From contig CAYRJZ010000001.1 of assembly GCA_964424775.1 (NCBI GenBank), positions 140,748 through 204,747 of the forward strand: a DNA stretch of 64,000 nucleotides, in the 5' to 3' direction. This document shows, one piece after another, positions 1 to 9,334 of this stretch. The position numbers and the translations under genes were made by a program. Position 1 is the first letter of the stretch. Each line of letters begins with the position of its first letter. This DNA is from an uncultured Gammaproteobacteria bacterium. GTDB lineage: Bacteria; Patescibacteriota; Microgenomatia; Levybacterales; UBA12049. A model generated the notes under the pieces. It worked only from the letters and a program-made list of their open reading frames with translations, did not search any database and was not told the origin of the DNA.

Positions 1-543
1 ATTGGAATACAAGGTGCAGGAAAATCAACACAAGGAAAACTTCTTTCGGAAAAGCTTCATATCCCATACCTTTCAACAGGGCATATCTTTCGTGATATAG
101 CAAAAGAACATACTCCACTTGGCCGTTATATTAAAGAAATTATGAATTCTGGATTTCTTATTCCAGATTCAAAAACACTGAAGATTGTGAGTGATTACCT
201 CCATAGACCAGAATATGCAGAAGGATATATACTTGATGGCTTCCCACGTACTCTTCATCAGGCAGAAGAGTTTGAGAATGGTATTGATCATGCTTTTTAT
301 TTAGAAGTTTCAGATAGAGAAGCTTTGTGGAGACTCTCGTATCGAGAAGGAGAAGAAGCGGATGGAAGAGAGGATGAGACACTAAAGGCGATACGAAAAA
401 GAATAGAACTATTTCATGAACATACCAAACCAGTTCTTGAATACTATCGACATCATCGAAAGCTAATAACTATTAATGGTGAGCAGCCCATAGAAAAAAT
501 TCATAAAGAGATAGTGGAGAAGATTAAAGAAGAAAAAAGATAA
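1..543 (+). CDS. adk: Adenylate kinase, 5'-truncated by the window edge
   Basis: Frame 1 translates from position 1 as IGIQGAGKSTQGKLLSEKLHIPYLSTGHIFRD, a P-loop with adenylate kinase signatures. It is continuous with the track ORF 142..543. It sits at the canonical secY-adk-map position. Confidence 0.85.
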   Translation: MGIQGAGKSTQGKLLSEKLHIPYLSTGHIFRDIAKEHTPLGRYIKEIMNSGFLIPDSKTLKIVSDYLHRPEYAEGYILDGFPRTLHQAEEFENGIDHAFYLEVSDREALWRLSYREGEEADGREDETLKAIRKRIELFHEHTKPVLEYYRHHRKLITINGEQPIEKIHKEIVEKIKEEKR

Positions 544-547
544 TTGT

Positions 548-1228
548 ATGAAACAGGGAATCATCATAGCTATTGACGGCCCTGTAGCTTCAGGAAAAGG
601 AACGATTGCTCCCATACTTGCAAAGACCCTTCATGGTTTTTATCTCCATACAGGTGCAATGTATAGATGTGTAGCATTATATTCTCTTGAACATAATCTT
701 ACGTCGGATGCTGACATCATACAAGCGCTTCCTGATATTCATATCAATTTTACCAGTGACAGAACATTGCTTAATGGTGAGGATGTGACAGAAAAGATTC
801 ATCAAAATATTATCTCATCTCGTGTTGCATGGATTGCGACTATCAAAGAAGTAAGGACATTATTAATTGTACAACAACAAAGAATTGGTCGAGAAAAAAC
901 ACAAAAAAGTATTACCGTTATTGCAGAAGGACGAGATACGGGGACTGTTGTCTTCCCAGACGCTGAGGTAAAATTGTTTCTTGATGCATCTGTTGAGACA
1001 CGGGCTCAAAGAAGGCTTGCTCAACTTGAAAAAAGAGGAGAGCATATTACCTTTGAGCAAGTACTAGATGACACAAGAAGGCGGGACGAGTCAGATCAAC
1101 AAAAATCAGGAGCACTTGTAACTGATCCAATTTCACACGGCTATGACATTATTGAGACTACAGGCTTGACTCAGGAAGAAACACTTGAGAGAATACTCTC
1201 TCTGCTTAAAGAGAAGAACATATTATGA
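548..1228 (+). CDS. cmk: Cytidylate (CMP) kinase
   Basis: N-terminal IIIAIDGPVASGKGT P-loop. Length and overall similarity fit the Cmk family. Confidence 0.8.
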   Translation: MKQGIIIAIDGPVASGKGTIAPILAKTLHGFYLHTGAMYRCVALYSLEHNLTSDADIIQALPDIHINFTSDRTLLNGEDVTEKIHQNIISSRVAWIATIKEVRTLLIVQQQRIGREKTQKSITVIAEGRDTGTVVFPDAEVKLFLDASVETRAQRRLAQLEKRGEHITFEQVLDDTRRRDESDQQKSGALVTDPISHGYDIIETTGLTQEETLERILSLLKEKNIL

Positions 1229-1986
1229 TTGATATTAAAACACCACAAGAAATCGAGATAATGAAAAAGGGTGGAAGAATGCTTGGAAAGGCTCTTAACG
1301 ACGCTCTTTTTGCGGTTAAATCGGGTATTACTGAAATAGAACTTGATAAAATTGCTGAAAGATCAATTATAGAGCAAGGCGGAGAGCCTGGGTTTAAGAG
1401 AGTTTCTGGGTATAAACATACTATTTGTGCGGCAACCAATGAAGTCGTGGTTCATGGTATCCCTTCAACGAGAGTCCTTAAGGATGGGGATGTAATTTGT
1501 ATTGACTGTGGGGTTTATTATCAAGGATTTCATACAGATATGGCGGATACTGTCGTTGTTGGCGGAAAAGAGAAAGCTTCGAAAGAAGTACAGAAGTTTC
1601 TTGAAATTGGAGAAAAAGCATTATGGGAAGGGATAAAACAAGCAAAGGCAGGGAATAGAGTAGGGCATATCTCAAAAGTTATTCAGGACATTGTTGAAGG
1701 AGAAGGATATTATATCATTCGAAGCCTGGTAGGCCATGGGGTGGGGCGTGATCTTCATGAAGCGCCTGAAGTTCCTGGTTTTTTACATGGAAAAATTGAG
1801 AAAACACCAGAACTTATACCAGGAATGACTATTGCAGTTGAAGTTATTTATGCAATGGGAACTACAGAGGTTGCATATGCAAATGACGATGGCTGGACAA
1901 TTAAGTCTGCTGATGATAGTCTTACTGCTGTGTTTGAGAGATCGATTGCTATAACTGATTCTGAACCGATAGTACTAACAAAGTAG
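1225..1986 (+). CDS. map: Methionine aminopeptidase type I
   Basis: 253 aa with the MetAP pita-bread fold motifs (DCGVYYQGFHTD, GHGVGRDLHE). Position after adk is conserved. Confidence 0.85.
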   Translation: MIDIKTPQEIEIMKKGGRMLGKALNDALFAVKSGITEIELDKIAERSIIEQGGEPGFKRVSGYKHTICAATNEVVVHGIPSTRVLKDGDVICIDCGVYYQGFHTDMADTVVVGGKEKASKEVQKFLEIGEKALWEGIKQAKAGNRVGHISKVIQDIVEGEGYYIIRSLVGHGVGRDLHEAPEVPGFLHGKIEKTPELIPGMTIAVEVIYAMGTTEVAYANDDGWTIKSADDSLTAVFERSIAITDSEPIVLTK

Positions 1987-2109
1987 TGTTGCTCAAGGCT
2001 CCCTCCTATGCTATAATACTTCGACGAGTACGCTCACTGTGTTTCAAAAGAAGCACGTCCTCTTTTGGATATGCTTTTTTGGGTTTTACAGCTTTGAGAG
2101 AAATCGGTT

Positions 2110-2328
2110 ATGGCACATCAAGGATCATTTGAGAAAGAAGGAATAGTTCGTGAATCACTACCCAACACACTATTTCGGGTTGAGTTAGAAGACGGTACTA
2201 TGGTCCTTTGTCATCTATCCGGGAAAATGAGAATAAATTTCATTAAAATTCTCCCGGGAGACAAAGTCAGAATAGAGATGACTCCCTATGATCTGACAAA
2301 AGGAAGAATTACCTATAGAGTAAGGTAA
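2110..2328 (+). CDS. infA: Translation initiation factor IF-1
   Basis: 72 aa with an S1-like fold ([20 protein letters not shown]...KGRITYR), typical IF-1. Confidence 0.9.
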   Translation: MAHQGSFEKEGIVRESLPNTLFRVELEDGTMVLCHLSGKMRINFIKILPGDKVRIEMTPYDLTKGRITYRVR

Positions 2329-2340
2329 AGGAGAAAAAAC

Positions 2341-2454
2341 ATGAAAGTACAGGCAAGTGTAAAAAAAAGATGCATGAAATGCAAAATTATTAGACGAAAA
2401 GGTGTTGTCTTTGTTATTTGTCAGACACCAAAGCACAAACAGCGCCAAGGATAA
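2341..2454 (+). CDS. rpmJ: 50S ribosomal protein L36, missed by the ORF track because it is only 37 aa
   Basis: Manual translation gives [37 protein letters not shown], the zinc-ribbon L36 signature C-x2-C...C...H. An RBS-like taaggag lies just upstream. It sits between infA and rpsM as in most bacteria. Confidence 0.85.
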   Translation: MKVQASVKKRCMKCKIIRRKGVVFVICQTPKHKQRQG

Positions 2455-2458
2455 ATAT

Positions 2459-2866
2459 ATGCGTATTGCAGGAGTAAATATACCAGACGAAAAAAGAGTT
2501 GACATTGCCCTTACCTACCTTTATGGAATTGGGAGAAGTAACGTCAAGGCTATCTTAGAAAAAGCACAGATTGATCCTGCAGCACGCGTAAAAACTTTGA
2601 ATGAAGATGATCAGAAGAGAATTACTCAGGCAATAGATAGTCTGAAAGTAGAAGGAGATTTACGAGCCGAGGTTCTTGAAAGTATTAAAAGACTTAAGGA
2701 AGCAGGAACATATAGAGGTGTTCGTCATACTCGTGGTCTTCCATCACGAGGTCAAAGAACACGTTCAAATGCTCGTACAAAGCGAGGCAAGAGAATGACA
2801 ATTGGAGCTATTAAAAAAGAAGTAGCAGCAAAGATGGAAGCAGCAGCAAAAGCAAAAGGTAAGTAA
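2459..2866 (+). CDS. rpsM: 30S ribosomal protein S13
   Basis: [25 protein letters not shown] is the S13 N-terminus. The start was moved from the track's 2402 to the ATG at 2459 so that it does not run through rpmJ. Confidence 0.9.
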   Translation: MRIAGVNIPDEKRVDIALTYLYGIGRSNVKAILEKAQIDPAARVKTLNEDDQKRITQAIDSLKVEGDLRAEVLESIKRLKEAGTYRGVRHTRGLPSRGQRTRSNARTKRGKRMTIGAIKKEVAAKMEAAAKAKGK

Positions 2867-2871
2867 AATAT

Positions 2872-3273
2872 ATGGCAGCAAAAAAAACAATAAAAACAGT
2901 AGCTAAGAAAAAATCAACTCTTCAAGTAGGAGAGCACGGGAGAGTCTATGTAACATCAACATTTAATAATACACTTATTAGCATTACAAATGATAAGGGT
3001 GATGCAATTTCTTGGAGTTCTAGTGGAAATGTTGGGTTTAAGGGAACTCGTAAATCAACTCCTTACGCAGCTTCGATAGCTGTTGAGCAAGCAGCAAAGA
3101 AGGCTTTAGCAAAAGGATTGAAGTCAGTAGATGTATTTGTGAAAGGTCCTGGATCTGGACGAGATTCATCTCTTCGAGCAATTAAAAGTGCGGGTCTTTC
3201 AATTTCATCTATTGCAGACATTACGCCTATTCCACACAATGGACCTCGGGCAAAGAAAAAGAGGAGAATTTAA
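2872..3273 (+). CDS. rpsK: 30S ribosomal protein S11
   Basis: 133 aa. The C-terminal [17 protein letters not shown] is a conserved S11 motif. Confidence 0.9.
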   Translation: MAAKKTIKTVAKKKSTLQVGEHGRVYVTSTFNNTLISITNDKGDAISWSSSGNVGFKGTRKSTPYAASIAVEQAAKKALAKGLKSVDVFVKGPGSGRDSSLRAIKSAGLSISSIADITPIPHNGPRAKKKRRI

Positions 3274-3278
3274 TTTAT

Positions 3279-3881
3279 ATGGCACGATATACAGGACCAA
3301 AACACAAATTAGCGCGACGAGAAGGAGTAAATCTTTTAGATAAAACTTCTGCATCTCTTCAAAGGAGACTTAATACCCCTCCTGGAGTTCATGGAGCGAA
3401 GCGAAAAAGAAGACTCTCTGAGTATGGACTTCAGCTTCGAGAAAAACAGAAGGCAAAGGCAATGTATGGAGTGTTAGAAAAACAGTTTAAGAGAATGGTT
3501 ACCGATCTTGAGAAGCAAAAAGGAGATACGAGTGAATTGATGCTTGCACTTCTTGAAACAAGACTTGATAATTTAGTATATCGTCTTGGTTTTGCAAAGA
3601 CTCGCTTCATGGCTCGACAGTTCGTCTCGCACGGTCATGTTAAAGTAAATGGGAAAAAATTGAGTATTCCATCTTATCAAGTGAAAGTTGGGGATGAAAT
3701 CGAGATTACTGAAAAAATCAGTAAAACACCGGATATTACAAAGTTACTTACTGAGAAGTCAGACGTCCTTACTTTTATTGAAAGACAAGGCACGAAAGGC
3801 CGTCTTGTGAGGATGCCAAAAGCTCAGGATGTAGTAGTTCCATTCAATACTCAGCAGATTATTGAATATTATTCAAGATAA
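3279..3881 (+). CDS. rpsD: 30S ribosomal protein S4
   Basis: MARYTGPKHKLARREG N-terminus and an S4 RNA-binding domain. Confidence 0.9.
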   Translation: MARYTGPKHKLARREGVNLLDKTSASLQRRLNTPPGVHGAKRKRRLSEYGLQLREKQKAKAMYGVLEKQFKRMVTDLEKQKGDTSELMLALLETRLDNLVYRLGFAKTRFMARQFVSHGHVKVNGKKLSIPSYQVKVGDEIEITEKISKTPDITKLLTEKSDVLTFIERQGTKGRLVRMPKAQDVVVPFNTQQIIEYYSR

Positions 3882-3915
3882 TGATACAATATGTATCTGT
3901 CTGACTAGAAATACA

Positions 3916-4851
3916 ATGAATAACGACTTACAATTTACAGTTAAAGAGATCCAAAACGAAAACGGATATGGCGAATTCGTCATTGAACCGCTTGAGCCAG
4001 GTTTTGGAAATACGATGGGAAATGCGCTTCGACGCGTTCTCTATACCTCTATCCCTGGTGCAGCTGTTACTGCAGTAAAGATTGGTGGAGTAAAACATAA
4101 ATTCTCAACAATTGATGGGCTTAAAGAAAACGTTATTGATCTTCTCCTTAATATTAAAGAATTAAATCTTCGACTTGCAGATGGAAGAGATAGTGCAACA
4201 ATCAGTCTTTCAGTGAAAGGTGCTCGCACAGTAACTGCAGGAGACCTTGAAGCAACAGACGGAGTTGAAGTTGTAAACAAGGATCAGTATCTTGGTTCTC
4301 TTTCTGGTAAAGATGCAAAGCTTGATCTTGAATTAACAGTAGAACGTGGTCTTGGATATTCTCTTGCAGAGGAACGAAAGTCCAGTTCAGTTGGTCTTAT
4401 GCAAACTGATGCAGTTTTCTCACCAATCCGACGTGTTACATACACAGTTGAAGCAACTCGTGTCGGAAGGCAAACAAATCTTGATAAGTTAACGATGAAG
4501 ATCTGGACAAATGGCACAGTTGATCCTCGCGAAGCACTCGACCGAGCTGCACGAATTTTAGCAAATTCATTCCTTCAAGTTTATGAACCACAAGCAGCAG
4601 ATGTTGTAATTGATTCAACTTCAGCTACCCCATCAGTTGCTCTTCCGGCAGCTGCAAGTAGAATGACAATTGATGAACTCGATCTTCCTACACGAATTTA
4701 TAACAGTCTTCGAAATGGTGGAATTGAAACAGTAGAACAACTCCTTCAAACACCACGAAAAGATCTAATCAGTATGCGAAATATGGGCGGTAAGTCAATT
4801 TCAGTTATTGAAGAAAAATTAAAAGATAAAGGTATTTCATTTACTGTTTAA
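3916..4851 (+). CDS. rpoA: DNA-directed RNA polymerase alpha subunit
   Basis: RpoA N-terminal domain (GYGEFVIEPLEPGFGNTMGNALRRVLY) and a C-terminal helix-hairpin-helix CTD. The start was taken as the ATG at 3916 (MNNDLQF) because the track start at 3862 overlaps rpsD. Confidence 0.85.
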   Translation: MNNDLQFTVKEIQNENGYGEFVIEPLEPGFGNTMGNALRRVLYTSIPGAAVTAVKIGGVKHKFSTIDGLKENVIDLLLNIKELNLRLADGRDSATISLSVKGARTVTAGDLEATDGVEVVNKDQYLGSLSGKDAKLDLELTVERGLGYSLAEERKSSSVGLMQTDAVFSPIRRVTYTVEATRVGRQTNLDKLTMKIWTNGTVDPREALDRAARILANSFLQVYEPQAADVVIDSTSATPSVALPAAASRMTIDELDLPTRIYNSLRNGGIETVEQLLQTPRKDLISMRNMGGKSISVIEEKLKDKGISFTV

Positions 4852-4963
4852 GCTAAATCTCAAATCTGATATCTCAAAGCATACTGCATCGATTAGTCTC
4901 TTAGAAGAACAAAAGGGTTTTGGAGAAGATTACGATTTGCAGAGGAAGCTTTGAGATTTTTTT

Positions 4964-5509
4964 ATGAAAAAACAAGTATTTGGTCGACAATTTAAGAGAG
5001 ATATTAATGAAAGAAAAGCACTTTTTAAGGGGCTTGCAACTTCATTGGTTATGCATGAAAGAATAGAGACGACTGAGGAGAAAGCAAAAGCTATTAAAGG
5101 ATTAGTAGAAAAGTTGGTTACAAAAGCATTAAAGAACAATGGATCGCATGCTGAAAGTCTTCTTTCACCATATCTCGCATCTCCAGCTGTTAAAAAGTTA
5201 ATTTCCGATGTTGCTCCACGTTTTGCAAATCGTAAAGGTGGGTATACACGAATTATTAAGATTGGTCAGCGATTTAATGACAATGCGAATATGGTCATAA
5301 TGGAGTGGGTTGAAAAGCCAGTAATAAAAGCAACTGCTCTCGTTGAGAAAAAGACTAAGAAAGATAAGAATGATGAAGTTGCTCTAGATGCATCTGTTGG
5401 TACGAAAACACCTGAAAAGAAAGCTACTAAAAAAGCAGCTAAAAAGGAAGTAACAAAAGAGAAAAAGACTCCTGCAAAAAAGACAAAATCAAAGGAGGAA
5501 GCGAAATAA
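4964..5509 (+). CDS. rplQ: 50S ribosomal protein L17 with a lysine-rich C-terminal extension
   Basis: L17 core (FGRQFKRD...HERIETT...RKGGYTRIIK) followed by a low-complexity tail of about 60 aa rich in K, E and T. Confidence 0.85.
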   Translation: MKKQVFGRQFKRDINERKALFKGLATSLVMHERIETTEEKAKAIKGLVEKLVTKALKNNGSHAESLLSPYLASPAVKKLISDVAPRFANRKGGYTRIIKIGQRFNDNANMVIMEWVEKPVIKATALVEKKTKKDKNDEVALDASVGTKTPEKKATKKAAKKEVTKEKKTPAKKTKSKEEAK

Positions 5510-5952
5510 TGAAAGCACAGACTCGACCAACAAAACAAAGTGAGATTACTCATGCATGGCATCTCGTTGATCTTAAAGATCAAACACTCGGAAGAATTGC
5601 TACAGATATAGCTCATAAATTAATGGGGAAAGGCAAGGCAAATTTCGTTCGCAATCTTGACTGCGGAGATTATGTTGTCGTTGTCAATGCAAAAAATGTG
5701 AAAGTATCAGGAAAAAAAGAAGAAGCAAAAATGTATTATCGACACTCAGGCTATCCAGGTGGATTTAAAGCAGAATCATTAAAAGAGTTGCGAGCTCGTC
5801 GACCTGAAGAAATCATTAGACACGCTGTAAAAGGCATGTTGCCTCAAAACAGACTGCGTGATAGAATGCTCAAACGATTATTCATTTTTGCAGATGAAAC
5901 ACACACTTATGCTGATAAGTTCTCTTCCAAAAGTGAAGGAGGAAATGTATAA
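5509..5952 (+). CDS. rplM: 50S ribosomal protein L13
   Basis: L13 family signature (WHLVDLKDQTLGRIAT...YYRHSGYPGG). Its start overlaps the rplQ stop in a TAATG arrangement. Confidence 0.9.
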   Translation: MKAQTRPTKQSEITHAWHLVDLKDQTLGRIATDIAHKLMGKGKANFVRNLDCGDYVVVVNAKNVKVSGKKEEAKMYYRHSGYPGGFKAESLKELRARRPEEIIRHAVKGMLPQNRLRDRMLKRLFIFADETHTYADKFSSKSEGGNV

Positions 5953-5957
5953 CACAT

Positions 5958-6422
5958 ATGGCAGACGGAGTAAAAAGGACTGATTCAAAGAGAGATTATG
6001 TTTTTGCAGTAGGACGACGACGAGAAGCTGTCGCACGTGTTCGATTGTATGAGTTTGTACGAGATGGTCTCACGTGGGAAGAAACCCCAATTAAAAAAGG
6101 CGAAGTGCTTGTCAATAAAAAAGCAATTGCAGACTATTTTCCAGGTGAAGTAAATCGTTTCCGCTACACAGAGCCATTTAGAGTTGCCAACGCTCAGAAT
6201 AAATACACCGTAACTATAAGTGTTGCTGGAGGAGGGCCTTCTGGACAGCTTGACGCAGTTGTTGCAGGTATTGCAAATGCGCTTTCAAAAGCAGATCCTG
6301 AAAACTTCAGACCAGTATTAAAAGATAAAGGATTTCTGACACGAGATGCACGTATCCGTGAGCGACGAAAAGTTGGTACTGGTGGAAAAGCAAGACGTAA
6401 GAAGCAGTCACCAAAGCGTTAA
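5958..6422 (+). CDS. rpsI: 30S ribosomal protein S9
   Basis: S9 family with the typical C-terminal GGKARRKKQSPKR. Confidence 0.9.
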   Translation: MADGVKRTDSKRDYVFAVGRRREAVARVRLYEFVRDGLTWEETPIKKGEVLVNKKAIADYFPGEVNRFRYTEPFRVANAQNKYTVTISVAGGGPSGQLDAVVAGIANALSKADPENFRPVLKDKGFLTRDARIRERRKVGTGGKARRKKQSPKR

Positions 6423-6427
6423 ATTGT

Positions 6428-6838
6428 ATGCATTCTCCTGAAGGACATACGACATCTCCTAACAGTACTCCTTCCTATTCGACAACTCTTGAAGCATATT
6501 CTCGTGATATCAATCTCGCCAATGTTCGTGATCGGACATATGGTATTTTTGTACCTTACATTGCTGAAGCATTTGATGCTCTTCCAGATGATGAACAAAA
6601 TAAAGTAGGTAAGGTGGCATCACAGTTTTCAATGCGTGAAGAAAATGTTCTAAATGCACTAGATTATAGAAACGCCTATCCAAATGAAGTAGCTGCACGA
6701 ATATTACTTAATAGAGTCTTTAGTGAGTCTGAGAGTGTCACTGAAGAAGAAAAAGAACGAGCAGAGAAAATACTATTTGATGCTAAAGGTAAAAAAGATC
6801 CTCATATCCTTTTTGATACAGCTGATCCTCTTCTTTGA
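6428..6838 (+). CDS. Hypothetical protein, 136 aa
   Basis: ORF tightly packed directly after rpsI. No recognisable motif. Confidence 0.4.
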   Translation: MHSPEGHTTSPNSTPSYSTTLEAYSRDINLANVRDRTYGIFVPYIAEAFDALPDDEQNKVGKVASQFSMREENVLNALDYRNAYPNEVAARILLNRVFSESESVTEEEKERAEKILFDAKGKKDPHILFDTADPLL

Positions 6839-6840
6839 AT

Positions 6841-7545
6841 TTATTTTTCCTTCTTATAAATATTAAAAGCGTATGGAATGATGTGTGCAAAGTGATAGAG
6901 GTTAAATAAGAAGAAGATTGAAAGTGCAGAGTATGTTAATAACATTCGAAGTGTTCCATATTTTCTAAATCGTCTGTCAGAGACATACACTGTTTGTGAA
7001 ATTATTCCGAATTTACCCTTCCGTGCGGCATTTCTTATAAAAGCAATATCATCATAACGGAGCGATATGTTAAATTTTACTTTCTCAAATAATTTTTTCT
7101 TTACTATAATTGCAGACCCCGCACCGGAAGGAAATAGCTTTTGGAGTAGAAAAAAAAGTGATGAAAAGTAAATATAAATGGAGGTAATTGGGAGTGTCGA
7201 TTGATACGGCATGTACCAGGGACAAGCGATATGTAATTTCTTTTTTACCAATTCGTTGACTGCATCTCTAATGAAGGTAGGTTTTAGACGAACGTCAGCG
7301 TCTAAAAAGAAGAGAATATCTCCCGAAGCTTTTACTCCGCCTAATGTTCTTTGTCTTGCAACAGGAGGATGACATTGAATAAAGATAATACTGGGGAAAT
7401 TTGCTAGTAGCTTTTTTGTGTTATCTACTGAGTAAGCGTCAACGACAATTATTTCCTTAGGTAGAAGTGTTTGAGTTGAGAGGTCTTTGAGGAGTAATGG
7501 TAATGTTTTTTCTTCATTCAGCGTTGGAATAATGACACTAATCAT
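6841..7545 (-). CDS. Family 2 glycosyltransferase (GT-A fold)
   Basis: N-terminal MISVIIPTLNEE and a DAD acidic motif (FFLDADVRL), typical of GT2. It is 234 aa. Confidence 0.65.
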   Translation of the reverse strand: MISVIIPTLNEEKTLPLLLKDLSTQTLLPKEIIVVDAYSVDNTKKLLANFPSIIFIQCHPPVARQRTLGGVKASGDILFFLDADVRLKPTFIRDAVNELVKKKLHIACPWYMPYQSTLPITSIYIYFSSLFFLLQKLFPSGAGSAIIVKKKLFEKVKFNISLRYDDIAFIRNAARKGKFGIISQTVYVSDRRFRKYGTLRMLLTYSALSIFFLFNLYHFAHIIPYAFNIYKKEK

Positions 7546-7551
7546 AAATAG

Positions 7552-8097
7552 TTAGGAGGAATGAAGAGAAAAAAGTTTTTGGAACAGAGGATTTGTTTCA
7601 AGCAGTTGTGCTTCTTCTACACACCATTCTGAGTACTCATTCGGTAAAGAGATTTCTTCTAAAAACTTTTTCCATGGAACATATCTTGTTTCTGCGACTT
7701 CATCAGGATTGGGTATTGGCAACTCATCAGTAAAGCCAATCATCACTGGACAAATTTCATTTTCAACTATTCCTTTATGTTCATAGCGGTAACGATAATT
7801 TGGAAGGATAATTGATAGGTCAATATTTGTTAAATTAAGTTCAAAAGAAAGTCTTCTTTTCCCTGCATCTACAACGCTCTCATCCATCATCGGATGTCCA
7901 CAACAACTATTTGACCAAATAAGTGGCCAGGTCTTTTTTTTGTTACTTCTTCTCTGAAGAAGTAAATTTCCGTCTCTATTAAAGAGAAAAACAGAAAATC
8001 CCCGGTGAAGGGGAGTTGTGTCGCTATGGGCATCATACTTATCCATGGTCCCAAGCGGAATATTTTTTTCATCAACTAAGACAACATATTCTTTCAT
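7552..8097 (-). CDS. idi: Isopentenyl-diphosphate delta-isomerase, type 1 (Nudix fold)
   Basis: QRRSNKKKTWPLIWSNSCCGHP and EHKGIVENEICPVMIG align with the E. coli Idi active-site region ([22 protein letters not shown]...). The start is taken at the internal ATG (MKEYVVLVDE) because the track start at 8181 overlaps the neighbouring gene. Confidence 0.8.
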   Translation of the reverse strand: MKEYVVLVDEKNIPLGTMDKYDAHSDTTPLHRGFSVFLFNRDGNLLLQRRSNKKKTWPLIWSNSCCGHPMMDESVVDAGKRRLSFELNLTNIDLSIILPNYRYRYEHKGIVENEICPVMIGFTDELPIPNPDEVAETRYVPWKKFLEEISLPNEYSEWCVEEAQLLETNPLFQKLFSLHSS

Positions 8098-8125
8098 ATA
8101 TCTTTGGTAACTATAGCATAGAAGA

Positions 8126-9265
8126 TTACTTTGTTGAACGAGAAGTATTTGAGGAAATAAAATCAAAAACTGTTTGAACAAGTCCTCCTAGTACCATAAG
8201 GTATAGGATAAAGATGCTAAACCAACCAAGAATAGGAATAAATGAAAGAAGTAGTACTACAACTGGCCCAAGTACCGCAGCTTTCCAGTCGAGCACATAT
8301 TCTTTTTTATTTCTTTTTTCCCACCAGCTAAGAATTTTTGCTCCAACATAGATCTTGAGTAAGCCAAGCGAAAGAAGGAGCAAGAGTATATACACAACAA
8401 ACCAGGTAATTCCTAACCAGATAATAATGAGGAGGAACAACCCCGCAACTGGCATAAGGAAAAGTGAACTAAATCCAAGTCCTAAACTCTTGATCTTTGA
8501 TAACTCAATTTTCTCGAGTACTTCCTTCGTAATAAATCCGAGAACGAGGACAAATAAGAGACTGAAGAGAATATCCATAACTAATGTGTAAATGGTACCT
8601 GCGCTGATGAGTGCTTTTGCTTGTTCATTACTTCGATGTTCTTGCTCTGTATAACGAGTATTTCCTTTGACAACAGCTCCCTCCTGAGATATCACTTTCT
8701 CCTCAGAGGTATACGTTAAATCGCCTGCAATTGATGCAGAAGATCCTATTGTTAGTTGTCCCATATTGCCTGAAACATCTCCTCCAACTGGTGCATTTAT
8801 GCGGACATCACCACCATTTGCATACACATTTCCTTTTACTGGACCTTCAACTTCTAACGTACCTCCGGTTATTATGAGGTCTCCTCCAACAGATGATGTT
8901 TTAGAGAGTCGTATAGTGCCCCCTGCAACAATAAGATCTTCTCCAATGGAGTCTTCGATGGTGATTGTTCCTCCGGCAATTCGTGCAGATTGTGAAATAG
9001 GACCGCTGATTGTAATAGTGCCACCAGCTGCCATAAGGCTTCTCTGTATCTCGCCTTCAAAAAGAAGAGTTCCTCCTGCAGCGACGATATCTTTTTGCGA
9101 AGATACACTTACCTCAACTCGGTCACCAGCAAGATACGTGTTTTCAAGAAGGGGGGTTTTTGAGAAAAAGACGTTTTCACCACTTTTAAATGTCGCTGCT
9201 GAAGCTGACGGTGTGAAAAGAAGCAGGAGACAAATGAGTAAAATGATCTTTTTGATGAGTTTCAT
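8126..9265 (-). CDS. Membrane protein with a signal peptide, bactofilin-like beta-helix repeats and four C-terminal transmembrane helices
   Basis: Start taken at MKLIKKIILLICLLLLFTPSASA, a signal peptide. Then about ten imperfect repeats of roughly 17 aa (AGGTITISGP / AGGTIRLSK / TGGTLEVEG / NGGDVRINAP) resembling bactofilin/DUF583-type right-handed beta-helix units. These are followed by four hydrophobic helices. Confidence 0.55.
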   Translation of the reverse strand: MKLIKKIILLICLLLLFTPSASAATFKSGENVFFSKTPLLENTYLAGDRVEVSVSSQKDIVAAGGTLLFEGEIQRSLMAAGGTITISGPISQSARIAGGTITIEDSIGEDLIVAGGTIRLSKTSSVGGDLIITGGTLEVEGPVKGNVYANGGDVRINAPVGGDVSGNMGQLTIGSSASIAGDLTYTSEEKVISQEGAVVKGNTRYTEQEHRSNEQAKALISAGTIYTLVMDILFSLLFVLVLGFITKEVLEKIELSKIKSLGLGFSSLFLMPVAGLFLLIIIWLGITWFVVYILLLLLSLGLLKIYVGAKILSWWEKRNKKEYVLDWKAAVLGPVVVLLLSFIPILGWFSIFILYLMVLGGLVQTVFDFISSNTSRSTK

Positions 9266-9334
9266 TTCCACTATAATAGCATTACTAAACCATATTATAC
9301 CAAGGATTACAATGATATTGATCACACAGTAAAT

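Noticed and set aside
2402-2458. ORF-track N-terminal extension of rpsM (start at 2402)
   Set aside because: It would read through the 3' half of rpmJ in another frame. The conserved S13 N-terminus MRIAGVNIP begins at the ATG at 2459.
3862-3915. ORF-track N-terminal extension of rpoA
   Set aside because: It overlaps the end of rpsD. The internal ATG at 3916 gives a normal RpoA N-terminus.
8766-9332. 188-aa plus-strand ORF antisense to the beta-helix membrane protein gene
   Set aside because: It lies entirely inside the well-supported minus-strand gene. Its Pro/Ser/Thr-rich translation is the typical antisense product of a Gly/Thr-rich repeat and has no motif of its own.
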